Shown: positions 11,089 through 25,937, counted from the first letter of the stretch. The stretch is 64,000 nucleotides of DNA from Lepidodermella squamata (GCA_047495785.1 JBLDXI010000054.1:3162001-3226000), one strand, 5' to 3'. Notes: generated by a model not told the origin, from the letters alone. A program made the numbers and translations.

Positions 11089-14000
11089 CCAATTTTACCT
11101 CGCTTGCGCTAGTCACGGTTTCTTTCACAGCCTTGAAGATATATTTTAACCGACTCATCTACCTCTGCAAATCTGCGTAGATTGCCAATACTTACCTCTC
11201 TCTTTTCTTGTTTTGATTTGACACTTTTAATATTAATTGAATGGCCGATTCTTTGAAAGTAGTAACATACTACCGCGTCAACAAAGTCACTAAGTTGTAA
11301 CGAATCACAGTTTTAGTTTTGTTGCAATTATATCAGTGAGAGAGAAGAGTTGTATTTTCTAGAGTGAAGCAAGCTTCTGAAACAGCTTCTGGCGCCTTAT
11401 TTTACCAGCGATGATGATTGGTGCGATCATGACTAAACTTGAATCTATTCTTAAATTTCAGGCTATTTTCGGTCCGTATTTTTCTCCGAATTTTATCAAC
11501 TGTTTTATAGGACAGAATTCTTGTTATTTTATGCTCTGATATTCGAATTGAAATAAAACTCGCCAGTATGAGAAAGATTGACGGGGATTTTTCCCCTTTT
11601 TGAAAAATACGTAGCTTGGATATTCTTCGAGCATCAGCTGATACGCGCAACAGCGCCATTAAACTGAGTAGGCGACAGTTTCAGTTAATAATGAAGTATA
11701 AGCTTGAATTAATGTTCCGGCATTTCTACTACTGAGAAGTTCTTATGAAAATTTTTGCAGGTGGGTAATGTGCGAAGGGCTCTATGCGGTGAGATAGAAA
11801 ATCGGCAAAATGGTGCTTTAGCTGTGAATTCTGTCGTCTTAAACTGGCATGGCTTGCATTTAACAGACCTAGTCAATAGAGAATCAAAAGCTTAACTATA
11901 ACGTCTATTGTCGAAAAACTTTGACGGAACCCGTAAAACAGCGGATACAAATTATGGAAGAGCACAATCATTTTGCACAATTCCAATCGGATCGAATGAG
12001 GTCGTTAAATGCTTAATTTTTAATGTTGCGGCCTCAGTCATGCGTCCAATTCGGACGTTACTAGGTAACAAATGATTTCCCCGTCATGCAATGCATTACT
12101 TCTCGATTTTTCACGAAAGCTGACGGAAATGAAAATTGATCAAAATTTGCGAATTTTGCGAAAACCGCCACCGTTGACAGCCAGAGGCTGTCGATGAAAC
12201 CATAGTATGCACAGCAATATAACCTATCAGTTGATTGACAAGATGAGCCATTCAACAGAATAAAAAAGTGAGAAAGAATCAAGAAGGTCACTGATTCCAG
12301 ATCGCTGACTCGGACGCCACTGCCTAAAAAATCCAAAATCCAAAAACGCGTGAAAAACTGCGGCAAAACCTACGCATATTTTCATCTTAAATAATTAAAT
12401 ATTTACAATAAACATTTGTTACCAACAAATTTGTTGATGTTTTATAATACCCATAATAAATATTGACTTTGAAGTCGTTGCCGGGAATCGGCAAAATTTT
12501 GCGGTTTTTCGCGAAGGCTGAGGGTTATATTAGAGCTGGGATTTGTTAGCTGGATGTTTTCGATACTGTACGGCGAATTGCCGGCTAACTGTCATTTATC
12601 GTCTTTATAAGCTCTTCATAGTTTACGCTGTGAAGTTTCAATCACAAGTCATATCCATTATCCAGCTTTTTCCAGTTTCTAGCTACTCGGATGCCGTCGA
12701 AGATCAAAGGTCTTGAGGGGAGGATTTTCTTAGAAATCCTTTCAATATTACATATTAGAGATTGTTTTATTTTCCTGCAAGCAAGGATTTCCCAAGTAAT
12801 TTTTTTGCGTATTTCGGATGCAGCAGCTAGCCGCGACTCGCGATTTGGTACTCAGACCGTCGTTTTATATGTTGTATGTTTACCATTGAACACAGCGCCC
12901 TGGTCAACAATTTACTGCGTACTCTCATTTGCCTCGCCAAATGTATTAAATGCTAGTTATCTTGCTTCGCAATCCAGTGGATTAGTCCGGCAAAAAGCAT
13001 GGCGTGACTAATATCCAGTTCATTCAACTTTCTTCTGTTTACACGCGAAGTTTTTCGAAGGCGACTTGAAGCTGATATTGTCATTAAATTGAAAGTTGTT
13101 ACCGTATACTGTATACCAGACGTCGATAAGAGATATAAGTAGTTGCCATTCAAGTATTGTCAGCTGTGTTCTATCAGTTCAAAATGCATGATTTCGTTCA
13201 TGTTTTTCTGGGTGGAAGACGAAATAAGTATAGAACAAATTCCGTGAATGAGACATGAATCTCTAGTCACCATTCACTTCACTCCAAAATGGTCCGCGGC
13301 CTGCTATTGTAAATAGTTTTGCAGCGATGCCGTCGATATTGACGAGATAATCGATTGATTTGGACCGAGTAAAGTCCACCGTAATTCGGTATGTCTCTGT
13401 TTTGCAGAGAAGTACTGGCTATAGTTTATCGACGCCATAATATCAAAATTTTCGCTACTACAATGAAGCAATGGCGCCCCAAGTGCTAACCCAGGATGGG
13501 TTTAATATCTCCGCCAAAGAAGAACAAAATTGCTCGAACTCGCAGGAAAACCCAAACACCTCCATAGCGAAATTAGCATTTCAAGAGTCATGAGTCATGG
13601 TCATTGAGGTAACGGTGAGAAATGATCTTATTATGCATCTTACCTGTGCTATATTCATGACCAACGCATACGACCTTTATTCGATTGCATAATCTTAGTG
13701 AACCTTCGGCTTTTTTGAGCGTTGCACGGCAAAAATAGCTATTTATTTTAAGTTGACCAGCTTTATGTTAGACTCGACTAGTTCGCGCTTACGTTATCTG
13801 AATATCACTCCCCACACTAATTGTTACGGCTTGACATATGATCTGGGAACGTTTAATCTGTCTGTAATTGTCTTTACCTTGTTATGAATGATTTTAATGT
13901 CACAAACAATTTTTAAGTTTTCCCATCACCATTCTGTGGTGAGCTTTTTCTTTGTGTTTTTGTTCGATCGCTATTAAAATTAATGGTTAATATTTGTACA

Positions 14001-15699
14001 AGTTGACCAGCTTTTCTACCCACTTAATCTATTAAACCACGAGTTGGTGGAACTAGAACTTGGGCTCATAATCTGCCGATTTTCACGATTGCTTGATAAA
14101 TCGCTTCGTATCTGATCTCGTTTAATCGCGAGATGTGTGATTGCAATTTCTCTAAACGTATCTGAAGTTGGCGGGACATCATAAAACGGGCCATTTTTTT
14201 ATTCCGGCCCCTAACCCTAAACATAACCCATCATATTAACCTTAGCTCGCTCGAAAGTATTCAAATTGCTCTTATTCAAAATGAATGGCCCGCTAGCTTA
14301 AATTTCGTTTTCTCTATCGCTTCCTTATTCCACCAGTTTTTCTATTTATGCGGAGAAGAATGCAAGCCACAAAAAATATATATCATGGATATCTTTTTTC
14401 ATTGATAATTCATCTCTTGCTATCGATGTCCTTGAGTTTAGCCCTTGACGCTCTGGGAGAACGAATATGCGCCGCATATCATTTGTATGATTGTTTCCGA
14501 ATATAAAGCCAATCTGGATCCGCGGCTTCGCGAACTGCTGAAGGCAATATCGATCCTCTCCCAATTTTTATTCATCTTTTCAGTACCGCAATAAAATATA
14601 AGGCCCAAGATGTGGCTGTGGACCACTGCGCATCGAATTAGAAATTCAGGCAACCAATCATGCATAATATTGCAGACAAGTGCCTGTTTAATATGAAAAC
14701 GCTACGGTCGTAAGTTTTTGGCGCCGAGGAACCCGCGCATCGCTGCGCCCAGCTTAATTGCTCTTCATCGTCATTTACATAATTGTTTTGCTGCGGAGAA
14801 CGTCGCGAAATTTATATATATATTTATATATATGTTGACCCAGCATTGATTCTTCGTTTGTTGTTTGAACGGTGCGTGGGAATCGTATATGTATTTATAT
14901 TTGCTAGCCGTCAGTCATTACACCAAGCCACTTGCACTAGTAGGTAGCAGTTATCGCAGTCTCTGGATTAACTCCTTGTGTGACCTTGACGGGGTTATTA
15001 TCGTCCGGCTTTACACACCTTGATGGTAGCTGGTACTCGTCCAGTTTTATCAATGAAAAGCAGACATCGAGTTGGATGGACGCGAATCGCCATGTGGACT
15101 CTTCTCGGTGTTATTATTATTATCACTTTCGGTTGTAGTTTCGATTCTATTCACATATAGAGCGGCGAATCGTGTAATAATAGCGAGATTGGGAGAGGTT
15201 GAACAAGGCGTTTCCATTTTACCTTTGTTATGACTGCGTTCGCAGGGTTTTACCCGTTTGCTCCACATATATATGAGTGTTGGATGTGGTGTGGCGGCGG
15301 CGGTCTGACTCCCTAGCAGTATGAATGATGCTTTGTCTTCTTGCCTTTCATTGTGAGAGAAGGGGAAGAGGCGGGGCAGGCAGGCAGGCATTTGCCCAAA
15401 CAAATCATCATTCGGCGTTGTAACTCGCGCATGCGATGTCTATTCACGTGTGCGCGGCGTGTATGTATGTTTCTGTGCGCGGAAGTGGGGAGATGATTGC
15501 TGCGCACAATGGTGTCTGCCTGGTATTCTAACCCGGCCAAGCCCCATCTCTGTGTTGCTAATCATAAAAACCGCCCGAATAACGCGCCAGCCTTGCCATG
15601 CGTCGATCCTCTCACTGATATGTTGTTCTTCTGCGCCGAGTAGCTATCGCCGGATTTTATCTGTTCAATACCGGCATACGTAGCTTATTACCTGTTTTA

Positions 15700-17800
15700 T
15701 AGTAATGATAGTAGTTGTAAGCTACCGATCGAACGCTACTCGCGAGACATCGAAACATTCGCCGGGTTATTATTGCTGTAATCATTATTACCAAGCTTTC
15801 TGCTGCTGCTGCTCGACTCAGCCACCAAATGTATCTTATGCTTTTCATCATAAACTCGCCCACCTTATGGCATATGGTTTTTCGCCAGGTGGGGTTAAAA
15901 ATCGCTAAAAACTCATTTTTGTTGTTGTTGTTATCATTATTTTGCAATCTTATCGCAGACATTCGCCATTTTTCACAGTTCGACCCTGTATGCTACTTGT
16001 CAGCCATTTTAGCGGCTGCATTTAAGTATTTTTTCGCCATTGTAAATTCACCACTAATACTTTTTATAGCGGGTAATAAAAAACTGGGCGAATAAAGTTC
16101 TCGGGCGAAGAACCGAGGAGTACTGTCATTTTTTATTGCCATCATTTTTAGATTTATCATCATCAAAATGATCGCGATTTATTATTGTATCGGGAAGTTT
16201 TTGCCCATCTCTTCATGTCGCCGTGCCATTACTTTAATGTGTGGAAACTTTCGACGACGGCGACGACGACGTATTATTTTTTAGATTGGCGAGCATATTA
16301 TCGCGTTTTAATAATATGATAATATTTTTCCTAGTGTAATAGCCGCGCCTATTTATTCATATGTTCTCGCTTCGCTGGTCGCTCGCCGTGGCTTTTTGGC
16401 GGCGGTTTCATGTTTTCCGCCTTTCCGCCTCCCCTTCGCCATTTTGTGTCAAATATTTTTTATAATATGCATTTTCTTTTTTATACCAAAAATAAACGAT
16501 TTTTATAGGCTTGCCCCTCGTTGTCGATGACGTCGCCGGCGCCAGTGCATACATTTTGTAGTAATTTTCAGTTTTATAATGTAAATTCTTTTTATTATTG
16601 GCAAAGTAAATCGTTGGTTATTTTTATTACAGTAAGTATTATTACACGCTAGCGACTAACGTGCTGCGCTTCTTTTTTTGCGTGCGCTGCATTTTGCGAG
16701 CGCCTATTCTCAACTGTCCGGCTTTAGCGAACTACTACTATACGACTGCGACTACTACTACTACTATCGCTATGTGTGCGGTTTGGTTGATTGATTTTTG
16801 TTCCGCGCTGCCGTCATCCCTGCTTCAACATCGCCATCATCATCAGCACAGCCGCCGCCCGCCCCGCCCCGCGCCAGCCACCGTGATAAGTTTTTTGTCA
16901 AACGCGCCACAGCCTCGAATCCGCTTTTGCATGATTTTAACGATGACGGCTATATTATAATAGTCTACCCTCCTTCAGTCGTCGCAGTCGATGTTGTTAC
17001 TATACGAACGCTGTCACTCAACACGATCTCGATCATAGTATATATTCTACTACAGCGACGACGACTACTACTACATAATATTATTTTGACGGCGCGACGA
17101 CGACGACGGCGACGATGAAGAAATTTCGGTTTGCCGGTCTCGTCGTCGACTCTTTTTGTATACAGGCATATTATTTTACTACTAGAACTACTACGACTGC
17201 GGCTACTACAATTTTATTTGCGTGTAGTCGCGTATATTTGCGGCTAGGCGAAGGCGCGCAGCACACACGCGAAGGCCTATCGATCGAACATCGCGGCGAT
17301 ATATATCGCCTGTCTCTTTTTGTACTGCATTTATTTTGCCTCGCCAGCGTCGCTCGGCGCTGCTGCTGCTGCTGCTACACAGCTAAATGGGCACTATAAT
17401 ATATTGCCATCATATATGGATTTTCGCCATCATCGTCATGCTTTTATTATAATATATATATTGCGAGTTGCCTTGTTTTCTACTGCTGCCGCTGTACTAT
17501 GACTGTGTATGCCCACCCAGTGGCGTGTCTCTCTGTGTGTTTTGCGACACACGACATGCTGTTGTACGTGAACTGTGAAGGGCTTTTCCATCCCGCCAAT
17601 CGCCAATCTTCTATGGGAATACATGCGCGTTGTTGTCTTGCATACCACTACTACTGTGCCACTTTTCGGCGCCGTACTCGGTTAGATAGCAGCAGCAGCA
17701 GCAGCGGCCGTTTTTCTCGCCGTCTTTCTTATAACCAAGCGACTATTTTTCCCCCATTTTGTCCCGTTTGGTAGTAGCAGGCCTATTACGCCAATAAAGT
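15700..17800. repeat. Low-complexity region rich in trinucleotide microsatellites (ACT, CGA, GCT, CAT), probably PMCA 5' non-coding/intronic sequence
   Basis: Runs such as actactactactact (~16751), cgacgacgacga (~17095), gctgctgctgctgctgct (~17360) and agcagcagcagcagcagc (~17690); no credible coding frame. Confidence 0.6.
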
Positions 17801-18641
17801 AATCCGTCGATATTTGTTCTCTTCAGAAACAGCGGCATCAAAAAGAATTCATTTTTGTTGAATGATTTCGCAGCCGCTTCAATAGGCACCTTTTCACAGC
17901 CATTGGCGACACATTAAGGTGGCTATTTTTCGATTGAGTGACATTAAAAAGTGTTGAACAAACATTTGCTTATCACTGTCTTGCTTTGTCGTGAGAGAGG
18001 CGGTTTTATTAGGTATAACCCCACGCAGGTAAAGAAATTTCCCTACGCTCAAGATATCTTTCTTTCTTTTTTACGGCGCTTATTTACATACACACGCATA
18101 GTCATCATGTGCTTACGCAAGTGGCACCGTACTGCGACACTCACATCGTATTTGCCGGCTATTATGTCACAGCTTAGCTAACATTTTTGTATTAGTACTT
18201 ATCTTGCCCGGTGAAAAATGTTTTTACTGACTGGGTTTTTTTATAGCATTTTACTCTCTAGTAACCTTCGTACCTGGAGATGCGTTTTACTTCTCGCTCT
18301 CTTTTTTCCCGCGCATTTATCAATGTTTATTTTTATAATGTAATACCAGCAATTTATTCACCGCCATTTTTTTGTCTCTAAATATAGGGCCGTTATTACA
18401 AGAATGTTATTGTGAAAAATCAAATTGCTAGGCTACACAGAAGCAGCAGACGGATTCCTCACCTTGTTTTCAAGTATCGCAACCGCGTGTCCGACTTAGA
18501 TTTAGTCGCAACATCAGGACATCGCTACGACACAATTAGTCTCTGCAAATTTCCCGTACTTTCGTTCTTTATGTGTAAATAATCGTTGTCAAGCCATTCG
18601 ATCTACGACATCATCATACAAATTGATTAAAAACAAGCGAA

Positions 18642-21600
18642 ATGACAGCTCCGGTTTCGAATGACAAGAACAACGCGGCGAATCCTTTCGGATGTTCGGT
18701 TAAGGAGCTGCGAGAGCTCATGGAGTATCGCGGCCGCGAGGCGCTCGAGAAGATCCAGCGCGACTACGGTCCAGGAGGCGTGGCCGAGATAGCGAAGCGC
18801 CTTCAGTCTCACCCGGAAAACGGCCTGCCAGACAGCCAAGCGGATTTAGACCGGCGGGGCAACGTCTTTGGCAAAAATTACATCCCTCCAAAGCCGCCGA
18901 AATCTTTCTTCGCGCTCATGTTCGAGGCCGTCCAGGACATGACCCTTCTCATCCTGATCGGCGCGGCTGTCGTGTCCTTAGCGCTTTCTTTCTACCCAGT
19001 TCCACCCGAAGAAGGACGTAAGTAACGCGTTTTTTTCTCGATAAAATTCTATATTATCACCCCTAATTAATTATCTTCAATAAATTTCCCCGCTTAATTT
19101 CTGTTGTTATGTTCTTGCTTATTTTATTGAATAAATATATCCCTTTGCACGGACGCTTCTAGGTGAAGTAATTTACGACATCGTAGAAGATGTTATTCGA
19201 ATTCAAAAAGGTCTACAGCATTATTATTTACCGGAGATATGTAGAAATTGAGCAAATGTCTTGTGCCATTTTTTATGCACCTAATTTTGAGAGAAAGTAC
19301 CGCACAAGAGAGATTCGTACATCACTATGTTACTATTTACACGTTTTTTGGAAAATATTGTGATTAATATTGCTAGAACAGAAACGTTTTTCGCCGTGAA
19401 AATTTATTGCGATTTTTTCGCATGTTGTTCCAATTTTTTAAGGCAGAATTTTTAATTATTTAATTTTGTGTTTTCTTCGGAATTGTAGAGGTTGCCGATG
19501 AGACGGAAGGTCACGCGAACTGGATCGAAGGTGTCGCTATTTTGATAGCCGTGTGTGTGGTCGTATTCGTAACTTCGTTCAATGATTGGAAAAAGGAACG
19601 GCAGTTCCGCGGCCTTCAGGCGAAAATTGAAGGCGAGCATAAATTCTCTGTGATACGCGGCGGCAAGGTAATACAGATCCCTGTCTGCGATATCGTCGTC
19701 GGCGACATTTGTCAAGTGAAGTACGGTGATTTGCTGCCTGCTGATGGCGTCATTATTCAAAGCAACGACTTGAAGATCGATGAAAGTTCACTCACCGGAG
19801 AGTCTGACCAAATCAAAAAGAGCGAGGACAAGGACCCGATGCTGTTGTCCGGCACGCACGTCATGGAGGGCAGCGGTCGAATGGTTGTGACTGCCGTTGG
19901 CCTCAACTCGCAAACGGGTATCATCTTCTCGCTGCTTGGTGCTGCCGAAGAGAAAAAGGAGAAGAAGAAGGAAGGCGCCGAGGGCGGTGAGGCCGAACAA
20001 CCTCGTGAGTTCACCATTTCAATTGCTAGATAACATACGATTAACTATTTTCAATTTCTTTTTAGTTCTTGGCCCTGACGGCAAACCAATCGGTAAGCTC
20101 GGCTATCCATCTTAAAATTTAGGTCATATAGGGATTCCAATGCTTATTAACTTTTTATAATGCGAAATTCAATTAATTCGGCTGAAAAAACACGTTTACT
20201 AGGCGTTCTTCGTTCCGCCACTGCTTCTCCGCAGCATCGCTATCACGCGGATATAGGTCCTCCCCCGGCGTCGCCGGGTGGTACGAACCTATGCCGTCTA
20301 GACGAGGGTGTGTAAAGAAATGAAAACGCTCGATGATTTGTGGTTTTTGCAGTAGTTAATATCTCTACAAGAAAACTAATCAGATTTCTTATTTTGAATG
20401 AATCTAATGAAAAGAGAGTACTAAGCATGCGGCATGAGTTTGGATTTATGCAGTAGATTCAAATTATATTTTCTGGTTTTGAAAATGGTTGTTTCTTCTT
20501 TCAGATGATAAGCTACAAAGCAACGTCCAAAAAGCCGAGGTTGCTAAGGAAAAGACTGCCGGTACTAAGGAACGCTCCGTACTGCAAGCTAAGCTCACTC
20601 GGTTGGCTATTCAAATCGGCTATATCGGTTTGTTTGGCAAATTTAAGGTGGATTTTTTATTTTATCATTTAATTTTATGATTTTAGGAACTGGCGTTGCT
20701 ATTGCCACCATCTTGGTTTTACTCGGTCGATTCTGCGTCGAGGAATTTCTTATCAAGAAGAAGGGCTGGAGCATGCGTTACATCCAACACTTCGTTAATT
20801 TCGTCATTCTCGGCGTTACCGTGCTTGTCGTCGCCGTTCCGGAGGGTCTGCCGCTCGCCGTCACCCTGGCGCTGGCCTACTCGGTCCGCAAAATGATGTT
20901 CGACAACAACTTGGTTCGCCACTTGGACGCGTGCGAAACCATGGGCAATGCGACGGCGATTTGCTCGGATAAAACCGGAACCCTGACAACTAACCGCATG
21001 ACAGTTGTCCAGGCGTACGTCTGCGGCGTTCACCACAAGACCCTGCCGCGGTTGAAGGACGTCCCCGAGACGATTCGCGACGTGCTGCAGGCCGCGATTT
21101 GCATCAACAGCTCGTACACATCGCGAGTTTTGTTCCAGCCGGACGGTAGCCTGCCGAAACAGGTCGGCAACAAGACCGAGTGCGCATTGTTAGGCTTCAT
21201 CCTGGAACTTAACGATCAAATGAAGTCGAAGCCGGACGAGAATACGGCGATTGAGAAGATCCGCAATGAATTCCCCGAGGCCAAGATGCATAAGGTTTAC
21301 ACGTTTAACTCGGTTCGCAAGTCGATGTCTACCGTCATCCCGACGCCGTTTGGCTACCGCGTTTTCTCGAAAGGCGCGTCTGAAATTATGCTGAAGCGTT
21401 GCCCGTACATTTACCAGTCGGGCGGGAAAATCGAGAAATTCGATGCCGCCTCGCAGGATCGCATGGTGCGTGAAGTTATCGAGCCAATGGCATCGGATGG
21501 CCTTCGAACAATTGGCGTCGCTTACAAGGATTACGTGCGCGAAACCGGCGGGCGAAAGGCGAAGGAGAACGAGGTTGGATTCGTGGATGAGAAGGACATT

Positions 21601-24600
21601 GACTGGGACGACGAGGACCGCATCGTTACCGGCTTGACTGCCATTTGTATCGTCGGTATCGAGGACCCTGTCCGGCCTGAAGTGCCGGAGGCCATTCGCA
21701 AGTGCCAACGGGCCGGTATTACGGTTCGCATGGTTACTGGTGACAACTTGAACACTGCCCGTTCAATTGCTACAAAGTGCGGCATTGTCAACGCCGGCAA
21801 TGATGACTACCTCATTCTCGAAGGCAAGGAGTTCAACCAACGCATTCGGGACCCGGTCACCGAACAGGTGGTCCAAGCTAAGCTCGACGCGATTTGGCCG
21901 CGTCTCCGAGTTTTAGCCCGTTCGTCACCTCAGGACAAGTACGTGCTGGTGAAAGGCATCATCGAGTCTCGCCTTTCTCAGAACCGCGAGGTCGTCGCTG
22001 TAACCGGAGACGGTACCAACGACGGTCCTGCCCTGAAAAAAGCCGATGTCGGCTTTGCGATGGGTATCGCTGGTACTGATGTCGCGAAGGAAGCGTCTGA
22101 TATCATTTTGACCGACGACAACTTCACGAGTATCGTCAAGGCCGTGATGTGGGGCCGTAACGTTTACGACTCGATCGCGAAATTCTTGCAATTCCAGCTG
22201 ACCGTCAACGTTGTCGCCATTGTTTTGACGTTCTTGGGCGCGGCGGCTATTAAAGACTCGCCGCTCAAGGCTATTCAAATGCTTTGGGTCAATCTTATCA
22301 TGGACACGCTGGCTTCGTTGGCCTTGGCCACTGAACCGCCAACTGAGAGTTTGCTACTTCGCAAGCCTTACGGCCGAACAACCCCGCTCGTCTCGCCAAC
22401 TATGACGAAAAACATTATTGGACACTCGATTTACCAACTTATCATCGTGCTAACTCTTCTATTCTTCGGTAATTTTTTTGAGATTTTCTAAAGATTTACA
22501 ACACTAAAATCAAGGCTTCAGCACTAGAATTTCCCGGATTTTTTTCATCTGAAATGAGTCCTGGGATTTTTTTTTTACAATTTTCGGTACCTGGTACCCT
22601 CAGAAATTTTTTAAGATTTTCATTTTCATGTTTTTTATTTGGATGAATCCTCCTTAATAATTTTTGTAATTGCAGGAGAGCGGTTGTTTGACATTGAAAG
22701 CGGCCGCGGTCGCGAAATGGATCCTATGCCGAGTCAGCATTTCACGATTGTATTCAATACCTTCGTGATGATGACACTGTGCAATGAAATCAACGCGCGT
22801 AAGATCCATGACGAGCGAAATGTTTTCGAAAACATTCACCGCAGCACGTTATTTGTCGGCATCTGGTTCGCAACCGTCCTCCTTCAAGTAATTTCTGGCA
22901 GCAATTGGTGGATTTTTTTAAATGACATTTTTTTTAGGTTTTAATCATTCAATTCGGCGGCCTTTTCTTCAAAACCGCTCCGCTCACCATTGACCAATGG
23001 CTGTGGTGCGTCTTCTTCGGTTTCGGCGAGCTAATCTGGGGCCAGCTAATGGCTAGCATTCCAACGGAGAAGCTCAAATGCCTTTACCCGAAGCAGAAGC
23101 CAGACCAGCCGATTACTTACACTGCCGAGGGTAACCCTGAAGTTACGGTCATGGGCGGTAACGGAGATCAGGGCTATGACATGACCGGCGCCCTTGACAC
23201 GGCCACCCGGGGGCAAATTCTCTGGATCCGTGGTCTCAACAGGCTCCAACATCAGGTCGGTTTTTGACTTTCTCAGAAATTGCGGTGTTGATCTCTAAAA
23301 TAAATGGCCAAAGAAATGCAACTTAGCAAAACACTCATAGCGAAAATACTCTCAGTCCAAAAAAATCGCCTGATGTTTCAATTAAAATCATTACTCGTTA
23401 ATGATCGCAGAAAATTGATTTATTTACAATCGTTTAGTTGAGCATTGATTTTGTGTGTTTTCAGCGTGGTTTTTTGGTTTGCAAATTGCTTGATGAAAAA
23501 AACCAAGACCCTATAATTGGAATGCTATAATTTAAGTAATTAGTGGGTTGGGTGGTAATTGTTAGCCAGGACCAGCAATAATTAAGTTCTGCATTTTTTC
23601 TAATTATTCAGAGTTTGCCTCAAATTTAACCGCAGAAAGTGCAAGTCCGGGTGTTGTAATATCATCAATCTTTCTATGCTCCAACCACATCTATTGTGTA
23701 AATCTTGACTTTGAATGCATTTTTCTCTTCGGGGTTGAATTTTTTCACACAAAAAAGCATATTGCATCATCCGGTAATTTTTTTACTTTGAAAAATTAGA
23801 GAGATTTGATTTTTTTGGGATCAAAAGTAATATTCATTTCTAAAGTCCTAGCTAGTCATCTGCATCGTCAAACACATAACCAATATAACCTTGTCTCGTT
23901 AGCCCCTAGTAAAATATTTACATATATAAAAAACATAACCTCCTTAACAAAAAGCCTAGTCAGTCCTAACAATGAATGCCAAAAAATGGTGATGGGAATT
24001 TTTAATAACAAAATGAAAAATTGCTTTTTTTATTTTGTTGTTTATGTTTTTGTTTTTGTACCTTACCTATTTCTGTGTTTGCTCATTTTTTTGTTTGTCT
24101 TGTCTGCTGTTTGTCCTGCCGCTCGCTCGGACGTTTTCCTACCTTTCGACCGCGCACTTTCCCGGAATGCAGATACGTGTGGCTCGTGCCTTTAAGACTG
24201 TGCTTGAAGACCTTGAAGAGAAGCGGAGCGTACACAGCTTGCAGTCGCTCCGGTCGGTGACCCAGTCCGCGGCACGGTTGCGGGTGGTAACGGGCTCCAT
24301 GGCTTCATCGCAGGCGCCCGGCGGGGACGCCGCGGCCGCCGACTCGGGCACCATCCCCTTCGTCGACGGCTCCGGGGCGGTGACGGGCGACAATGTGCCC
24401 CTGGTGCAGGTGCACCACGGCCCGTCGACAACGCCCCTGCAACGCTTCCTGGAAGGCGCTGCCGCCGCTGCTCAGAAGCAATCGCCGCAAAGGCAGCAGT
24501 CGCAGACGAGCAACCACTAGCAGCAGCGTCGTCGTCTCAACTACCTATCTAACAACAACCGCCAACTATTTTTATCATCAGCACTGATTGTACATTACAA

Positions 24601-25937
24601 CTATACCTACTACTACATTTCATCTACATCTTGCACCTGATAGAGTATCTTCCAGATAAATCGGAAAAGAAACACGATGATAATGATGATGATGATGAAA
24701 GCCTGTGATCTACTTCTCTCGACTTGTACAATATTTCGGCACTACCCTCCGTCAGCAACAGCAACAGCAACACCCGACCGCGGAGTCGCTCAGCCATGAT
24801 TGGGTGGGTCATCATTGTTGCTGGGTGTTGATAGACGTAATAAAAATAACTTAGCCTAGCGAATAATGTCACGTGCTTTTTGCTGTTTCGTCGCATGTCT
24901 GTCCGCTTTTGTTCATGACAGAAACAAACAAAAAACCTCTCCCCGCGGTACCATCAGGTGCATGACTTGTCAACAATTTGATCTACATATTAACACAAAC
25001 TAATCATGTCCCTTTCATTTTTTGTTCCATTTCGTTTTTTTCGTGTGCTGTGTATTTTTCGCTTCCAAGCACCTCACTTATTTCTACGATACCTACTTGA
25101 CGATTGTGAAAAAATGGCAATTTTAGCTCGCGCTTTTGTTATATATAATATGAATTATATATTTAGCGTTATATATATATATGGTGACTATATATATAGC
25201 AAAAATTAACTGCTTCTGTTTGATAGAAAAGAAACGAGTAATGAACTAATTGAAGCGCGCTTTTTGGGGTGTTTCCTTGCAAAATGATAACAACAGAGGG
25301 CTCACAGAAAACACATACACACAAACACTCGCGATAGCACCCTTCAAGAATTATCATGGTAAAAAGATGATGATTGTTGTCAAATCTGATCTAAAAAAAA
25401 GAAAGAACCTGTGTATTATTAAAAAGCGCTGCCTGCATTTTTGCGCATGGTGGCGTAGCTTACACTCGCTTTGCGCACCACCACAGGCGTCAGTGTGTTT
25501 TGTTTTTTTCAAAATTCTAAATGATAGAGCACTCTTATTACAAACAAAGAATCGTCGGCTTGTTTATATATCTATGATGATGAAGATGCTGAAAAAAATC
25601 GTTAATAATAAAACCTAAATTTTTGAGGAAACAAATATTTACCTTTGTTTTTGTTTTTTTTTCCGCCTCGTTTTTCTCGTCGCAACAACAGATGCGAGTG
25701 GTCAATGCTTTCCAAGCGACCGTGCCCCCGCCTGGCGCCCGCATTTCCTCCTCCGTCACCAGCTTCGGTTCACTGCACAGCTTGAAACGTGACCGGTCGG
25801 CCTATATCGACGACACTCGGACGAACCTGGCGGCCGTGCTCGAAGGTGATTCAGCAGCGAAGAACAAGCAAGCGGAACAGCCGCACTCGCTGTCGCCGAT
25901 TGCGCACCTCAACCCCGGCGGCTCGCCCAGCCGGTGA
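18642..25937 (+). CDS. ATP2B: Plasma membrane Ca2+-transporting ATPase (P2B), alternatively spliced
   Basis: [39 protein letters not shown], phosphorylation motif [32 protein letters not shown], and calmodulin-binding [16 protein letters not shown]. Terminal exon is either 24173-24520 or 25692-25937. Confidence 0.98.

Noticed and set aside
12145-12520. Short imperfect inverted repeat (TTTTGCGAAAACCGC / GCGGTTTTTCGCGAA)
   Set aside because: Too short and degenerate, and no TSD found; cannot support a MITE call.
14209-14230. CCCTAACCCTAA telomere-like repeat
   Set aside because: Only two units; not an interstitial telomere array.
19452-22278. Long antisense and alternate-frame ORFs over PMCA (also over BLM and the IgGFc gene)
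   Set aside because: Expected shadows of GC-rich, codon-biased exons.
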